Source: Felis catus
Taxonomy: Eukaryota
Length of the DNA stretch: 64,000 nt
NCBI RefSeq assembly: GCF_018350175.1
Contig: NC_058376.1
Coordinates: 14,694,001-14,758,000 of the forward strand
Direction: 5' to 3'
In this document: piece after piece, positions 48,055 to 59,200 of the stretch
Numbering within the stretch: the first letter of the stretch is position 1
Layout of the letters: every line of letters starts with the position of its first letter
The notes under the pieces: generated by a model
Told to the model about the DNA's origin: nothing
The model's database searches: none
The model's input: only the letters and a program-made list of their open reading frames with translations
Translations under genes and position numbers: made by a program

Positions 48055-48300
48055 GGGTGCCTGGGTGGCTCAGTTAGTTAAGCAGCTGACTTCTGCTCAG
48101 GTCATGATCTCGCGGTTCATGAGTTCGAGCTCCATGTCGGGCTCTGTGCTGACACCTCAGAGCCTGGAGCCTGTTTCGGATTCTGTGTCTGCCTCTTTCT
48201 GTCTCTCCCCACTCGTTCTCTCTCTCTCTCTCTCTCGCCCTCTTTCTCTCACAAATAAATAAAACATTTAAAAATTATTTTAAAAATAAATAAAAAATAA
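48055..48300 (+). mobile_element. SINEC, just 3' of copy C polyA signals (antisense to the gene)
   Basis: Full body, TSD-like aaat(g/a)catgaa(c/t)aagaa. Confidence 0.93.
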
Positions 48301-48344
48301 ATACATGAATAAGAATCCCACTATTTCATTAACGATAATTCATG

Positions 48345-48385
48345 TTTATTAACATAAATTCCATTAATTGATCTCACCATTTATT
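48345..48385 (-). terminator. Candidate polyA signals of copy C (48380-48385 and 48345-48350)
   Basis: Two tttatt hexamers 190-225 nt past the stop. A third lies at 47995-48000 beyond the SINE. Confidence 0.5.
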
Positions 48386-48573
48386 TAATTCCACCAATTC
48401 TATCAACTAATCCAATAAAATTAATCATTAAGTTCAGTATATGTTAGAGACAGGTTTTTTGGTCAGTGCTTTGTGGCTGGAGAAAAGGTGACTGAAGACT
48501 TTTTCCTGAAGATCATGAAGATGATAGGTTCCCTGTTTAGAGATTCGACACACTCCTCAAAATGTCTGCACTC

Positions 48574-49101
48574 TTAACAAGTGGATGTATAGAATCCAGA
48601 TCCACAGGTTGGTCTGTAACATGATGACTGACAGCTCCTGGAGGAGAAGTAGGTTGGGCGGCAGAAACTGGATCCATAGCTCAGGGAAGGCAAACCACAG
48701 ACTCCATAACCCAGGGGTCTGAAGCCACTGGATCCACAGCCCAGAGAGTAGCAGCTTCTGGATCCACGGCCCAGGGAATGGCAGCTTCTGGATCCACAGT
48801 CCACAGACCCAGGGTAAGCAGTCCAGCAGGGACTGCAGAACGTGGAGGTCCTCGGGAGGGAGCAGGACGTCTGGCAGGGGCTGGACACCACGCAGGAAGT
48901 CCGGCAGCTGGTGGGCTCACAGCAGGTCTCCTGACAGCCGCTGTAGAGGGAGGAGCCCAGCTGGCAGGTGCTGGGAGAGCAGAGGTCAGTGCGGTAGACC
49001 AGGTTGCTGGGGTAGGAAGAGCCACAGGAGAAGCTTGGGTAGCGCAGGTAGCCCCCAAGGGAGCGGGAAGAGAAGTTTCCAGAGCAGCAGCTGTAGGGCA
49101 T
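48574..49101 (-). CDS. KRTAP13: KAP13-family protein, copy C, 175 aa (KRTAP13-1/13-2-like, two decapeptide repeats). True start is the ATG at 49101.
   Basis: [12 protein letters not shown]...GSRSCHSLGR-GSRSCYSLGC-GSSGF...RPTCGSGFYTSTC. TATA at 49179-49186 contains the ORF-track ATG. Confidence 0.92.
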   Translation of the reverse strand: MPYSCCSGNFSSRSLGGYLRYPSFSCGSSYPSNLVYRTDLCSPSTCQLGSSLYSGCQETCCEPTSCRTSCVVSSPCQTSCSLPRTSTFCSPCWTAYPGSVDCGSRSCHSLGRGSRSCYSLGCGSSGFRPLGYGVCGLPSLSYGSSFCRPTYFSSRSCQSSCYRPTCGSGFYTSTC

Positions 49102-50129
49102 GTTGGCAGGAGATGTGAGTTCAGCTGAGTTACAGTGAGAAGGTTCTGAGTTTAAATGTCGCCTCCTAGACTGGGGCATTTATATACTGTCAACCATGGG
49201 TGTGGCATTTTTTACAGTCACCTTTCCCACACTTGGAATCTCTCATTTTCCTATATGTACATCAGTGATATTTTCTCTAATTGCAGATGATTCCTTCCGT
49301 CTCATATTTGTGGGAGAATTCATCGTGATGTAGCACCAAGCCAACGAACCATCCCAATGTCAGAAATGCTATGACTGTATGTCATTAATGCCAACTAATC
49401 ACGACCAGGAAACCCCCTACTCTTCTCCTTGGCTGAGACTCGTTGTGCCTTTTGCCTGTACATTGGCTGGGGAATGCTTAGCTCTAAAGGCAGGGATTGA
49501 GATGAACCTCAGTGGAATAGAGGCACCTTATTTGTCACCAATGATTTTCTTTCTATAAATGTATTTCATTGCCTAAAATTAATTCTTATACATTACATTA
49601 CCTTATATATATACCTCTCAAATCCATTGGAAAGGGGAAAATAGATACGATAAATTGATTGAGAAATATGATGGGTCACAGAGAGAAATCGGGACAAGTG
49701 TTTAAAGGCAAAATGACTAAGCAAGATTAATTTGGGACAAAAATCTCAGTGGAGACCAATTTGTACACGTGTGAAGAAACTCAGAGTCAAATACTCTTGA
49801 GGTGAAGGAAGGTAACTAGTGACACTATGGGTCTTTCCATCTGTGTGTAATTTCAATAAAAACAAGTTCTGTATTAATATAGTTTATGGCTTTTCATATA
49901 CACATTGTCCCTTTTGTCACCTGTAGTTACAATGTGTCCAGTAATCCTGCTCTCCTAGGAGAGTCTTATTACACAATACTTTCTGGTCATTTTTATCTTT
50001 AGGTTCTTATCTTACGATTATCTCCTTCATTGTAAAAACATTTTTCCCTACTTTAGTTTTCTTTAAGATTATTTTTCCATTGTAAAATATCCAAATATTT
50101 TCTTTTATAGAGTTCTCCACATCAGGCAA

Positions 50130-50760
50130 AACTTAACTAAAATGAATCTTGAAGCATTTTCTCTGGTTGGAAAGACAATGACCTCAGAGGGGAACTTGTA
50201 ATTGCAGGAGGCAATAAAAAAGATTGAAATGTAAGTGAATTGTCTAAATACTCACTGTGCGTAACACTAATAAAGTGGTTTGTGGTTCTTAATATATAGG
50301 TAGAAGTAAACAGTAATTAAGAATGATCATTAAAATCTCTTGAAAACTTACAATTTTTGAAATTATAAAAAAATAACTTAAAGGATAAAATTCTAACTTT
50401 AACCATTTTATTACCTCTCCCAAAAGTGAGAAAAGTGTGAAAATTTATTATTACACGTAGAAAATGTGTAAGCAGAAATTTCAAATTATCAATAATTAAG
50501 TTAACTATAATAGACTAAATAATCTGTAGAAAAGACTAAGACTATCAGACTGGACTAAAAACCAAAACTATTGTCTACTTAAAATAGAGTTTCTTCAATA
50601 TAAGGAAACAGAGAAGTGAAAAAGTAAAAAGAATCATCAGGAAAAAGAAACAAAAAATGCTATCTCTGTTTTACTAACCCCAAAGTTTGCTGTATGACAA
50701 GACATGAAGATTATTAGATGTAATACAAGATATTTCTTCACAATCATTCTGTCAGCCTTT
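50130..50760 (+). mobile_element. Old L1 (ORF1 end/ORF2 start) fragment
   Basis: gacctcagaggggaactt..., gactatcagactggactaaaaacc...ctattgtctacttaaaatagag motifs. Confidence 0.55.
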
Positions 50761-50804
50761 CAGGATGATATCCATGACTTTGTAATTCATTTAGAGGATA
50801 CCCT

Positions 50805-51020
50805 AAAGCCACACCATCCAACAGACCAGCTACTATCCACATATATCAAGTTCAATTAACATCAATTAAAATTAAATTAAATTAAAAGTTTCATTCTCCA
50901 GTCATATTAGCCACGTCTCAAGAGCACAATAGATACACGTGGCTGATGGAAGCCATATATTGGAAAATGCAGATAAAAATATTTTCAACAACACAGGAGG
51001 TTCTACTGGACACAGCTGCC
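50805..51020 (-). mobile_element. MER3 (hAT-Charlie)
   Basis: ccagtcatattagccacgtctcaagagcacaatag..cacgtggctgatgg..ccatatattgga...ttctactggaca matches MER3. Confidence 0.8.
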
Positions 51021-51106
51021 TTAGAGTTCACAGCATGCTTTGTTGACTTGCTAATATAAATGAACACTTTTACTATTTCCTGCCCAATGCAAGAATGTCA
51101 GAAATC

Positions 51107-51328
51107 CTTTTTTTTATTTTTTTTAGTGTTTATTTATTTTTTGAGAGACAGAGAGACAGAGCACGAGCGGGGGAGGGGCAGAGAGAGAGGGAGACACAGA
51201 ATCGGAAGCAGGGTCCAGTTTCTGAGTTGTCAGCACAGAGCCCGACGTGGGGCTCGAACCCACACACCACGAGATCATGACCTGAGCTGAAGTCAGATGC
51301 TCAACCGACTGGGCCACCCAGGCGCCCC
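51107..51328 (-). mobile_element. SINEC
   Basis: 16-bp TSD aagaatgtcagaaatc at 51091-51106 and 51329-51344. Confidence 0.96.
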
Positions 51329-51382
51329 AAGAATGTCAGAAATCTTAGGGTCAGTTATCTTTACCCCAATTCATGCACTATT

Positions 51383-51606
51383 ATTTTTAATGACAGCTTC
51401 TCTTTTTTTTAAATTTATTTGTTTATTTTGAGAGACAGAGAGAAAGAACGAGAAAGGAAGGAGCAGAGAGAGGGAGAGAAAGAATCTCAAGCAGTTTCCA
51501 AGCTGTCAGTGCACAGCCCAGTGTGGGGCTGGATCCCACGAGCCATCATGACCTGAGCCGAGATCAAGAGTTGGATGCTTAACCAACTGAGGCACACAGG
51601 CATCCC
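51383..51606 (-). mobile_element. SINEC with a short extra 3' segment inside the TSD
   Basis: TSD aattcatg(c/t)a(c/t)tatt at 51368-51382 and 51607-51621. Confidence 0.85.
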
Positions 51607-51619
51607 AATTCATGTATTA

Positions 51620-52330
51620 TTCTGTTAGGATATTCATTATTATAATTTCAGTTATGCTTATGTATATTGATAGGTATTTGCCTCCTTGTTTTTACGACCC
51701 AAATTTGCTTACATCTACCCAATATATATCTTTTGTTTACTCTTCATTTCTTTTTAGATCTTTTTTGTATGTTCTGGGGTTATTTTGCTTCTGACTATAT
51801 ATAACTTTTATTACATATTTTAGTGCTGGAAAGGTAGTGACAGATTCTTTATGTTTTTGATTGTCTGAAAATTCTACATTTCTCCTTTAGTTTTGAAACA
51901 AATACTCACTAGTCAAGTATTCTAGCTTTAAAGTGTTCTTTCTTCAGAAATTTGAGGATATTTAATTATTTTCCTGCTTTCCTTTTTCCATCTGTTTAGA
52001 ATTCAGCTGTCAATCTTACTGTGGCTTTTTTGAAGGTAACTTGCATTTTCTTTCCCTGTTGGTGATTTTAAAGTTTTCTCTTCCTTTTTGTTCATCAGTT
52101 TTGACTCTGATGCATTCTCTTTATTTGTTAGTTTGAATATGTTCTCCAGAACAATCTCCAATTGTCTCTCCAGCTGTGTCTAATTTCTTCTTAATCCATT
52201 CAACAATTCTACATTTAACTTACTGCACTTTTCAATTTTAGAATTTTTAGTTGGTTATTTTAATATGTTTCTCTCTCTCCTAAAATCTTAAATTTCTCTT
52301 TTTATTTCCTAAAGTGACTTCTACTACATG
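51620..52330 (-). mobile_element. Old L1 (L1ME-like) fragment
   Basis: gacagattctttatgtttttgattgtctgaaaa...ttttgaaaca...ttctttcttcagaaatttgagga. Confidence 0.6.
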
Positions 52331-52399
52331 ATACATATTTTGGATTTAATCATTTCTTAACTTCTTAAAGCCTGGTGAATTTCCCAAGGGTATCAGATA

Positions 52400-52525
52400 A
52401 TCTCTATCTACATCATCTATCTTTATCATCTATATATTCATCCGTATCTATATAAAAGTATATCTATAATTATATCTATACCTATAAAGTTATACCTGCA
52501 TTTACATTTATATCTATATCTGTCT
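52400..52525. repeat. Degenerate (ATCT)/(AT)-rich low-complexity tract
   Basis: Directly visible. Confidence 0.8.
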
Positions 52526-53201
52526 GTGTAAAGAAATTATTGAAGGTCATCTCTATACCATACTAATCTAATCAAGCATTGAAATAATTTGGAACTGAGC
52601 TTTAGTTCATAGGAAGGGGTCAATATTTGAAGCTTACCCTAGTCTTAAGGTTTTGTTCAGAGTCTCAGACAATTTTTGTCAAAATCATTAGAAGTTTGCA
52701 ACCTTCAGTTTTGGTTACCTGAGCTCATGAGTTGCATCAGCCTCTCATTTGGATTCAGCAATATTCCAAATCTAAAAATAGTCACAAATTCTGAGACTTT
52801 GTTGTTGTGGTGGATGAAACCTCCCTGATGTTTTGTCCCTGGTAATTTCTGAACATGTCACATATATTTTCTTTATCTAGATTTTTCTAGGCAAAAGATA
52901 TTAATTCTGAATATATACTTTTTTCATTTCTAAGTATACCAATTTTTATCTTAGTCCCCCTTAGGAATAAATTTAAAATTCATAATTAATCCTTGGATAC
53001 AATATTTAGCTTTTAAAATATGAAAGAATGATTAGAATTATGAGAAATAAAAGTAAGCGTCTGAGCACTAAACTATTTTAATGGTTTGAATGGAAGGGGG
53101 TAGAAACAAGAATTATTGTGGTTTAAAATGTAATACCTTTAAAAAAAACAAATAAAATGTAATACCTCTAAATGACGGAGTGACAGTTACTCATCAACTA
53201 T

Positions 53202-53425
53202 CTTTTTTTCAAAATTTTTAATGTTTATTTATTTTTGAGAGAGAGAGAGACACAGAGTATGAGCGGGGGGAGGGGCAGAGAGAGAGGGAGACAGAATCCG
53301 AAGCAGGTTCCAAGCTCTGAGCTGTCAGCATAGGGCCTGACGCAGGGCTCAAACCCATGAACTGTGAGATCATGACCTGAGATAAAGTTGGATGCTTAAC
53401 CAACTGAGCCACCCAAGTGCTCCAT
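53202..53425 (-). mobile_element. SINEC
   Basis: TSD tcatcaactat at 53191-53201 and 53426-53436. Confidence 0.95.
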
Positions 53426-53517
53426 TCATCAACTATTTGTAACCATGTATTCCATTGACACACCTTATAAATATCTCCTTCAACTGTAAGTTAACTGAAT
53501 TTTCAATAATTTCTTTT

Positions 53518-53665
53518 CTTTAAAAAAATTTTTTTAATGTTTATTTATTTTTGAGAGAGAGACAGAGAGACAGTGCCTAAGCAGGGGAGGGGCAGAGAGA
53601 GAGGGAGACACAGAATCTGAAGCAGGTTCCAGGCTCTGAACTGTTAGCACACAGCCCGAGTCGGG
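53518..53665 (-). mobile_element. 5'-truncated SINEC
   Basis: Tail and body present, head missing after cagcccgagtcggg. Confidence 0.88.
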
Positions 53666-54426
53666 AGTAGGTTCCTTATCAAAATCTATCTATCTTTGCA
53701 TTTTGATATTCCTGGAAATACTTTGCCTAAAAAAACAGAGAATGATATCATGAAAATGAAAGATAATATTTGCCCATGTTTTTGTGTGTTTAAATACGCA
53801 TTAAATCACCATTCCTGACAGTATCAAATGCTTATTATCTTTTAGTTTGAAACATGAGTCAAAACCAAGGTGGAAATCATCCTTAGGAATTTAGATTCTT
53901 CACTCTAATGTTAAGGCATCACTCATTACACATACATAGAGAAGATCATATTGAGAACTCATCAGTGACATTACAGGTGCTTATCACGTTTACCAAGAAA
54001 GTTTAGAGTGACTTCAAGCCAAACTACCTAAAATTAATACATAGTCATTTTCATTTGTGTTCAATTCCATTTCTCTCTCATGTGCAAGCCTCACCATATA
54101 AATCTAAACATTATTTTTGTTCTCTGCATTCCTTATATAACTATCAGCTAGTCTGCTACCTTACCACTTCTTGTGAGGGAATCAATCCCATTCCTGAATC
54201 TGAGATTTCCATTTGCAAAATAGTCTTCCACTACCTGTAGTTTGAGTAAGAAAAATGTCTGAGGTCCCTCAAAATTAGTTCAAGTCCCCAATTTCTCAAG
54301 ATTTCCAATCTATTTCCAGGTGCAGATAAATACTTTCATAATATCTTCTTTATCTATCACAGTAAAAAAACTTAGCCAATAAACAACTAACAACAATAAA
54401 CACAGCTGGATATCAGAAGCAGTAAG

Positions 54427-54432
54427 TTTATT
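54427..54432 (-). terminator. Candidate polyA signal of copy E
   Basis: tttatt about 280 nt past the stop. Confidence 0.55.
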
Positions 54433-54712
54433 AGATTATAGTCATTTGGTTTTTCATACAATTTTGGAAGAAAATCCAATAACATGAATCTTATCTGCAA
54501 TGCAGACTTTAGACCTTCTGTTCAGGGAGTATATTCATTGGAGAATTTTTCAAATAAAATCTGTCAGCCAGTATTTGGGGGCAGACACTAGGTGAGAATT
54601 TGATAATCAAAGAATAAGAAGCTAATTCTTCTTGCAAGTGATGAAGAGAATAAAGGTTATGAGTAGAGGTATTGGTGAGATGAACAATAAGGTTAGAAAT
54701 TTAGTAAAGTGA

Positions 54713-55198
54713 TCAGTAGAAGCCAGATCTACACATTGGTTTGTAGCAAGAAGACTGGTAGGCCCTAGAAGTCAAGAAAGATGGGTGACAGAACTGAGAT
54801 CCATAGCTCATGGAAGGGAAACCTTGGACTCTGCAAGCCATGGGTCGGAAGCCACTGGATCCACAGCCCAGAGAATAGCAGCTTCTGGACCCAAAGCTGG
54901 CAGACCCAGAATAAGTTGTCTGGCAGGGACTGCAAAACGTGGAGGTCCTCGGGAGGGAGTAGGACGTCTGGCAGGGGCTGGACACCATGCAGGACGTCTG
55001 GCAGCTGGTGGGCTCACAGCAGGTCTCCTGACAGCCGCTGTAGAGGGAGGAGCCCAGCTGGCAGGTGCTGGGAGAGCAGAGGTCAGTACGGTAGACCAGG
55101 TTGCTGGGGGAAGAAGAGCCACAGGAGGAGCTTGGGTAGCACAGGTAGCCCCCAAGGGACTGGGAGGCGACGTTTCCAGAACAGCAGCTGTAGGACAT
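54713..55198 (-). CDS. KRTAP13: KAP13-family protein, copy E, 161 aa
   Basis: MSYSCCSGNVASQSLGGYLCYPSSSCGSS...SSCYKPMCRSGFY. TATA at 55271-55278, octamer ATGCAAAT at 55337-55344. Confidence 0.92.
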   Translation of the reverse strand: MSYSCCSGNVASQSLGGYLCYPSSSCGSSSPSNLVYRTDLCSPSTCQLGSSLYSGCQETCCEPTSCQTSCMVSSPCQTSYSLPRTSTFCSPCQTTYSGSASFGSRSCYSLGCGSSGFRPMACRVQGFPSMSYGSQFCHPSFLTSRAYQSSCYKPMCRSGFY

Positions 55199-56139
55199 GT
55201 TGGCAGGAGATGGGAGTTCAGCTGAGTGACAGAAGATTCTGTGCTTGAATATTGCTTCTCAAGTAAGGCATTTATATACTCTCAGCAATGGGTGTGGCAC
55301 TTTACAGTGCCATCTTTTCCAGATTTGGAGTCCCTCATTTGCATACATGTAACTCAGTAATCCTCTTTGTAATTGGAGTTAACTAATTCTCTTCATCTTA
55401 TATTTATGGGTGCACTCATTTTATAGCTCTATGTCAAAGAATTACATCCATGTTACAAATGCTATGACGATATGTAATTAATGTGTACTCCGTCATGGCC
55501 AAGGAAGCCCCTCTTATTTTTCTGGTCATGACTAGTTGTACATGTGCTCCGATTTGGCCGAGGAATGCTTTCTTCCTAAGGTGGGGATTTCGAGGCAGTC
55601 ACCTCCACTTTGTGTCAGTGTCTGAGAAGCAGAAATCTGGTCTTGATGAGGAACCTTCTAAAGATTGCCCCTACATCAAGCCATTTATTTACTCTCTCTA
55701 ATATAATCTTGCATTCAGTACCTACTATTAACAATGCTTACTATGTCCAGTCTAGAGGGCTGTTATAACAGGAAGCCAAAGAGATTGAAAGAGAAGTTAG
55801 AAATGGGCATAATCCTGAACAAATATGTTGTAAAAATCTACTGTTTAGAAAAAGAAACAAGATACATTGGTAGAAAGAGGGACAGAACTATCTGGAACTT
55901 CTTCTGTCCCCCTAGAGAACTTGTGGATATTCTGTCTTTTAATGCAATCATTATCATATTGGTTCAAAATGAACTTAATTCATGGCTTTTGTATGATACA
56001 TTTGTATGTGCAAAATTTCCTGGGGTCTACCTTCCCACAATACTTAAAATTTTGAATGCTTTCTGAGTATCTCCAGTCATGGCAGATTCTATGTTTTTCT
56101 CCCTGCTTTTGGTACATGATTCTGTCCCTGCTTTATAAC

Positions 56140-56490
56140 TAGACAGGACCCCAGCTTGCAATCTTGAAGTTTATAATTTGGGGGGACCTCTTTAAGAAAA
56201 AGAATACAACATTATGAATATAGTAGTAGATATAAACACGAATGCTAATTTAGAATAAAAATAATATTAGCAAATACAAACTTACAGGATGACAATAAAA
56301 ACACAAATATCACAAAATCAAGACAACAATATGATATCAAAATCATCACTATCATCTGTAATATTTCCTCTATATTTATGGCCTGCATAGTCTTTGATCA
56401 CTTTCACATATGACAATGATTTTGTCAACATCATTTTCTGTAGAAAGAATAGAATATAACTCACTTTTTCTTCCATAATTATGTACCAAA
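56140..56490. mobile_element. hAT-Tip100 (Zaphod/MER115-like) fragment
   Basis: gggggacctctttaagaaaaagaatac...catagtctttgatcactttcacatatgacaatgattttg resembles the recalled Zaphod consensus. Confidence 0.5.
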
Positions 56491-56792
56491 AAATACTCAA
56501 ATTATTTCTGATGACACAGAAAAGGTCCTTTCAACATTGCTATTTATTAGTAACGCCACATCTGTAACGTCCTGTGTTGTTTCTCCTCAGCTGATGCTTC
56601 AATCCTGAGATCAGGCTTATCTCAGCCTGGTGTCCCTGCCTCACTTCCCCATCCCAGTCTGCCGGCCCTGGAGGCTGCTGACTTGTGTGAGAATCAATCA
56701 GCTATGGATCCTCAATTTTAGTGATCTTCTACTGGATAGCTGAGTAGTATCTTGGTTCTAATCGTTCTTGAACTCAAAACTCCCTGAAGGCC

Positions 56793-56982
56793 TTTTATTT
56801 CTTTTCAATTTATTTATTTGTTTTGAGAGAGAGGCAGAGAGGGAGAGAGAGAGAATCCTAAGCAGGCTTCATGCTGTTAGCGCAGAGCCCTACATAGGGC
56901 TCAATCCCACAAATCATGAGATCATTACCTAAGCTGAAGTCAAGAATCAGATGCTTAACAGACTGAGTCACCCAGGTGCCCC
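56793..56982 (-). mobile_element. SINEC
   Basis: Full body, TSD-like ctccctgaag. Confidence 0.92.
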
Positions 56983-58823
56983 ACACCTCCCTGAAGTTCT
57001 GAGGTTCATCAGGTTGATTCTAGGAGCCAGTGGTAATACAGGCAGCCTTCTGGATCCACCTACAGCCCCAGAACTACTACAAGGGCAAATGATTGACTCC
57101 CAGACTATGGCAGCACAGCCAGAGCAGTGGGTTCCCCCAAACCTCCCTGGAGGAGTGGAGTGGAGCCTTGGAAAAGGTCAGACAAAGAACCCTAAAGAGG
57201 ACCCTCATGTTCAAGCTTCATTAGGTTAAATATGTCTCTGTCTTAACCTTAGTTGCTCTATCCAAGATGCTTCAACATGTGCTGGTGATATTCCGTCTGA
57301 GATATTGGAAACCTGCATGCAATGCCCAGGTCTCTCTTCAATATACCTTCCATGGAAACGTCTCTGTCCAGAGTCCCAACCTAACTTTCAATAATTGCAT
57401 TGTTGTGGTTTGTTGTTGCTTTTGTTATTTTTCACTGGTCCTCTTTGACTCCAGGTTTTTTTTAACAAAGGAAAATATCTGATAGAAATATCACATCGTT
57501 TGAGTCTCTTGCCGTTTCGTGCCAATTTCAAGATCAATGAACTGATGCAACAGACACCAAAAGTCAAATATGTGGTGTCAGACACTCAGAAAGTATAGTG
57601 CGGTGGCTTATGGCATTGAGTTGTAACTCTACTTGATAAAATGACTGTACAATTTTACTGTATATGTTTAAATTAACAACTTTCCTCATGTAAAAGCAGG
57701 TTCCGTTGCAGCGTTACAAAAAGAAGCACACTCTGCAGGACTTCTTCAAACAGCTACTTTTAAAAAGTTTATCTTACGATCTTTACATTTTGAATTTTTC
57801 TTTCCTACGAGCTCTCAACTACTGAAACAAGAGTCCTAGCCTACACAATGCTGTGAGCACCATGCCTTTCTCAAATACTGGTTTTCAAAGAACTTCTTCA
57901 AAACGGTTGTCTTATCACAAGTAAGAGTGACCCTTTGCTCACTGGATAGAGGACAGTTGTTAACCAAAATAATAAAGTTAGCAAAAATTGTCCACAGTGA
58001 CACAACCCTCCAGCTGTCCTCACAGGGACGCAAGGATGCCCTTCTCTTCCCCATACATCTGACTCTCCTCGCGTCAAGGAGGAGTGTTATACCGGTTGAG
58101 ATCACAGATGGCAAACTGTCAGGTCCTCTACCAAATCCAGCCCACACACAAGTTTCTTCATCACACAGGTATAGGTCCCCATAGGCTTTTCATCAGACTT
58201 CAAATCAGTCGCCAATATTTAAAAATCAAAAGAAATCACACAGAATATGGAGGTCTGACATCTTCTAAATTTCTGACGTTCTGGTTATGCTGGGCTCCCT
58301 TGCTTCCGGCTGCCTGGAACAGACTACAAACTGCCCCATTCAGAGAAGATGTGTTCCGCCCCCCACTTCCTTACAACTTCAGTTACTCCTCTTTATTTAA
58401 CAGCTCCGGGGCCAAATTTCAGCGGCCATTAGTCATTAAGCCCGCACTATTATTTTGTTGTGTTAGTTAATGTCTCTATCACATGTGGGAGAAGGAGAGG
58501 TAAATGGAGAGACTTTGGGTTTTAGGACATTTTGTGAAAACGCACTGCTTGGGCACTTGAAGAATAGTCTTCCATATTTAATAGAGAAATATAATGTGTC
58601 CACGTTGGTGGATTGGGATGTAAAACGTCGATCATGAAACAAATCACAGATCAGATGGACCACCTCACTTATGTTTAAATACTTTACACACCAACAGAAC
58701 TTGACATGGTCTTTAAATACTGGGCAACAACTTAAATCAGTGGTGTCTTAATTCTGAATATGCAACAGAATTTACAAAGGGCCATTTTAGACATAACGAA
58801 CCAAGCAGAAAATAAACAATTTT

Positions 58824-59058
58824 ATTTATTGACTTAGGTATGTATGTATATATGTATGTATGTATATATGCATTTATAATTTTGGGGAAAGCACAAGCAG
58901 GGGAGGGTTAGAGAGGGGGGACAGAGGATCCAAAGCAGGCTCTGTGCTAACAGGCTGACAGCAGTGAACTCAATGTAGGGCTCAAACTCACAAACCGTGA
59001 GATCATGACCTGAGTTGAACTCGGACACTCACCCAACTGAGCCACTCAGGTCCCCCCC
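58824..59058 (-). mobile_element. SINEC with (TATG)n-expanded tail
   Basis: TSD aaaat(a/g)aacaatttt at 58809-58823 and 59059-59073. Confidence 0.92.
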
Positions 59059-59155
59059 AAAATGAACAATTTTAAAAACCAAGTGATTGAGCTCCTCAGG
59101 CCGTTCCACATGTGGTTCTAATGTACCACCATGGTTAGATTAAAGGGTTAACCAA

Positions 59156-59200
59156 GTTAAATTAAATTAAATTAAATTAAATTAAATTAAATTAAATTAA
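59156..59200. repeat. (TTAAA)n pentanucleotide microsatellite flanked by a direct repeat
   Basis: Flanked by attaaagggttaac at 59139-59152 and 59196-59209. Confidence 0.95.

Noticed and set aside
56540-57250. Weak KAP-like words (agctatggatcc, gatcttctactg, ctcctcc...ttggggg) suggesting another pseudogene
   Set aside because: They fall on opposite strands, are not collinear and lack the CACACC/TATA promoter, so I cannot support the call.
57600-58750. Repeat-poor stretch with several 60-130-aa ORFs
   Set aside because: No recognisable domain, codon pattern or consistent splice structure. It may be conserved non-coding DNA, but the sequence alone does not show this.
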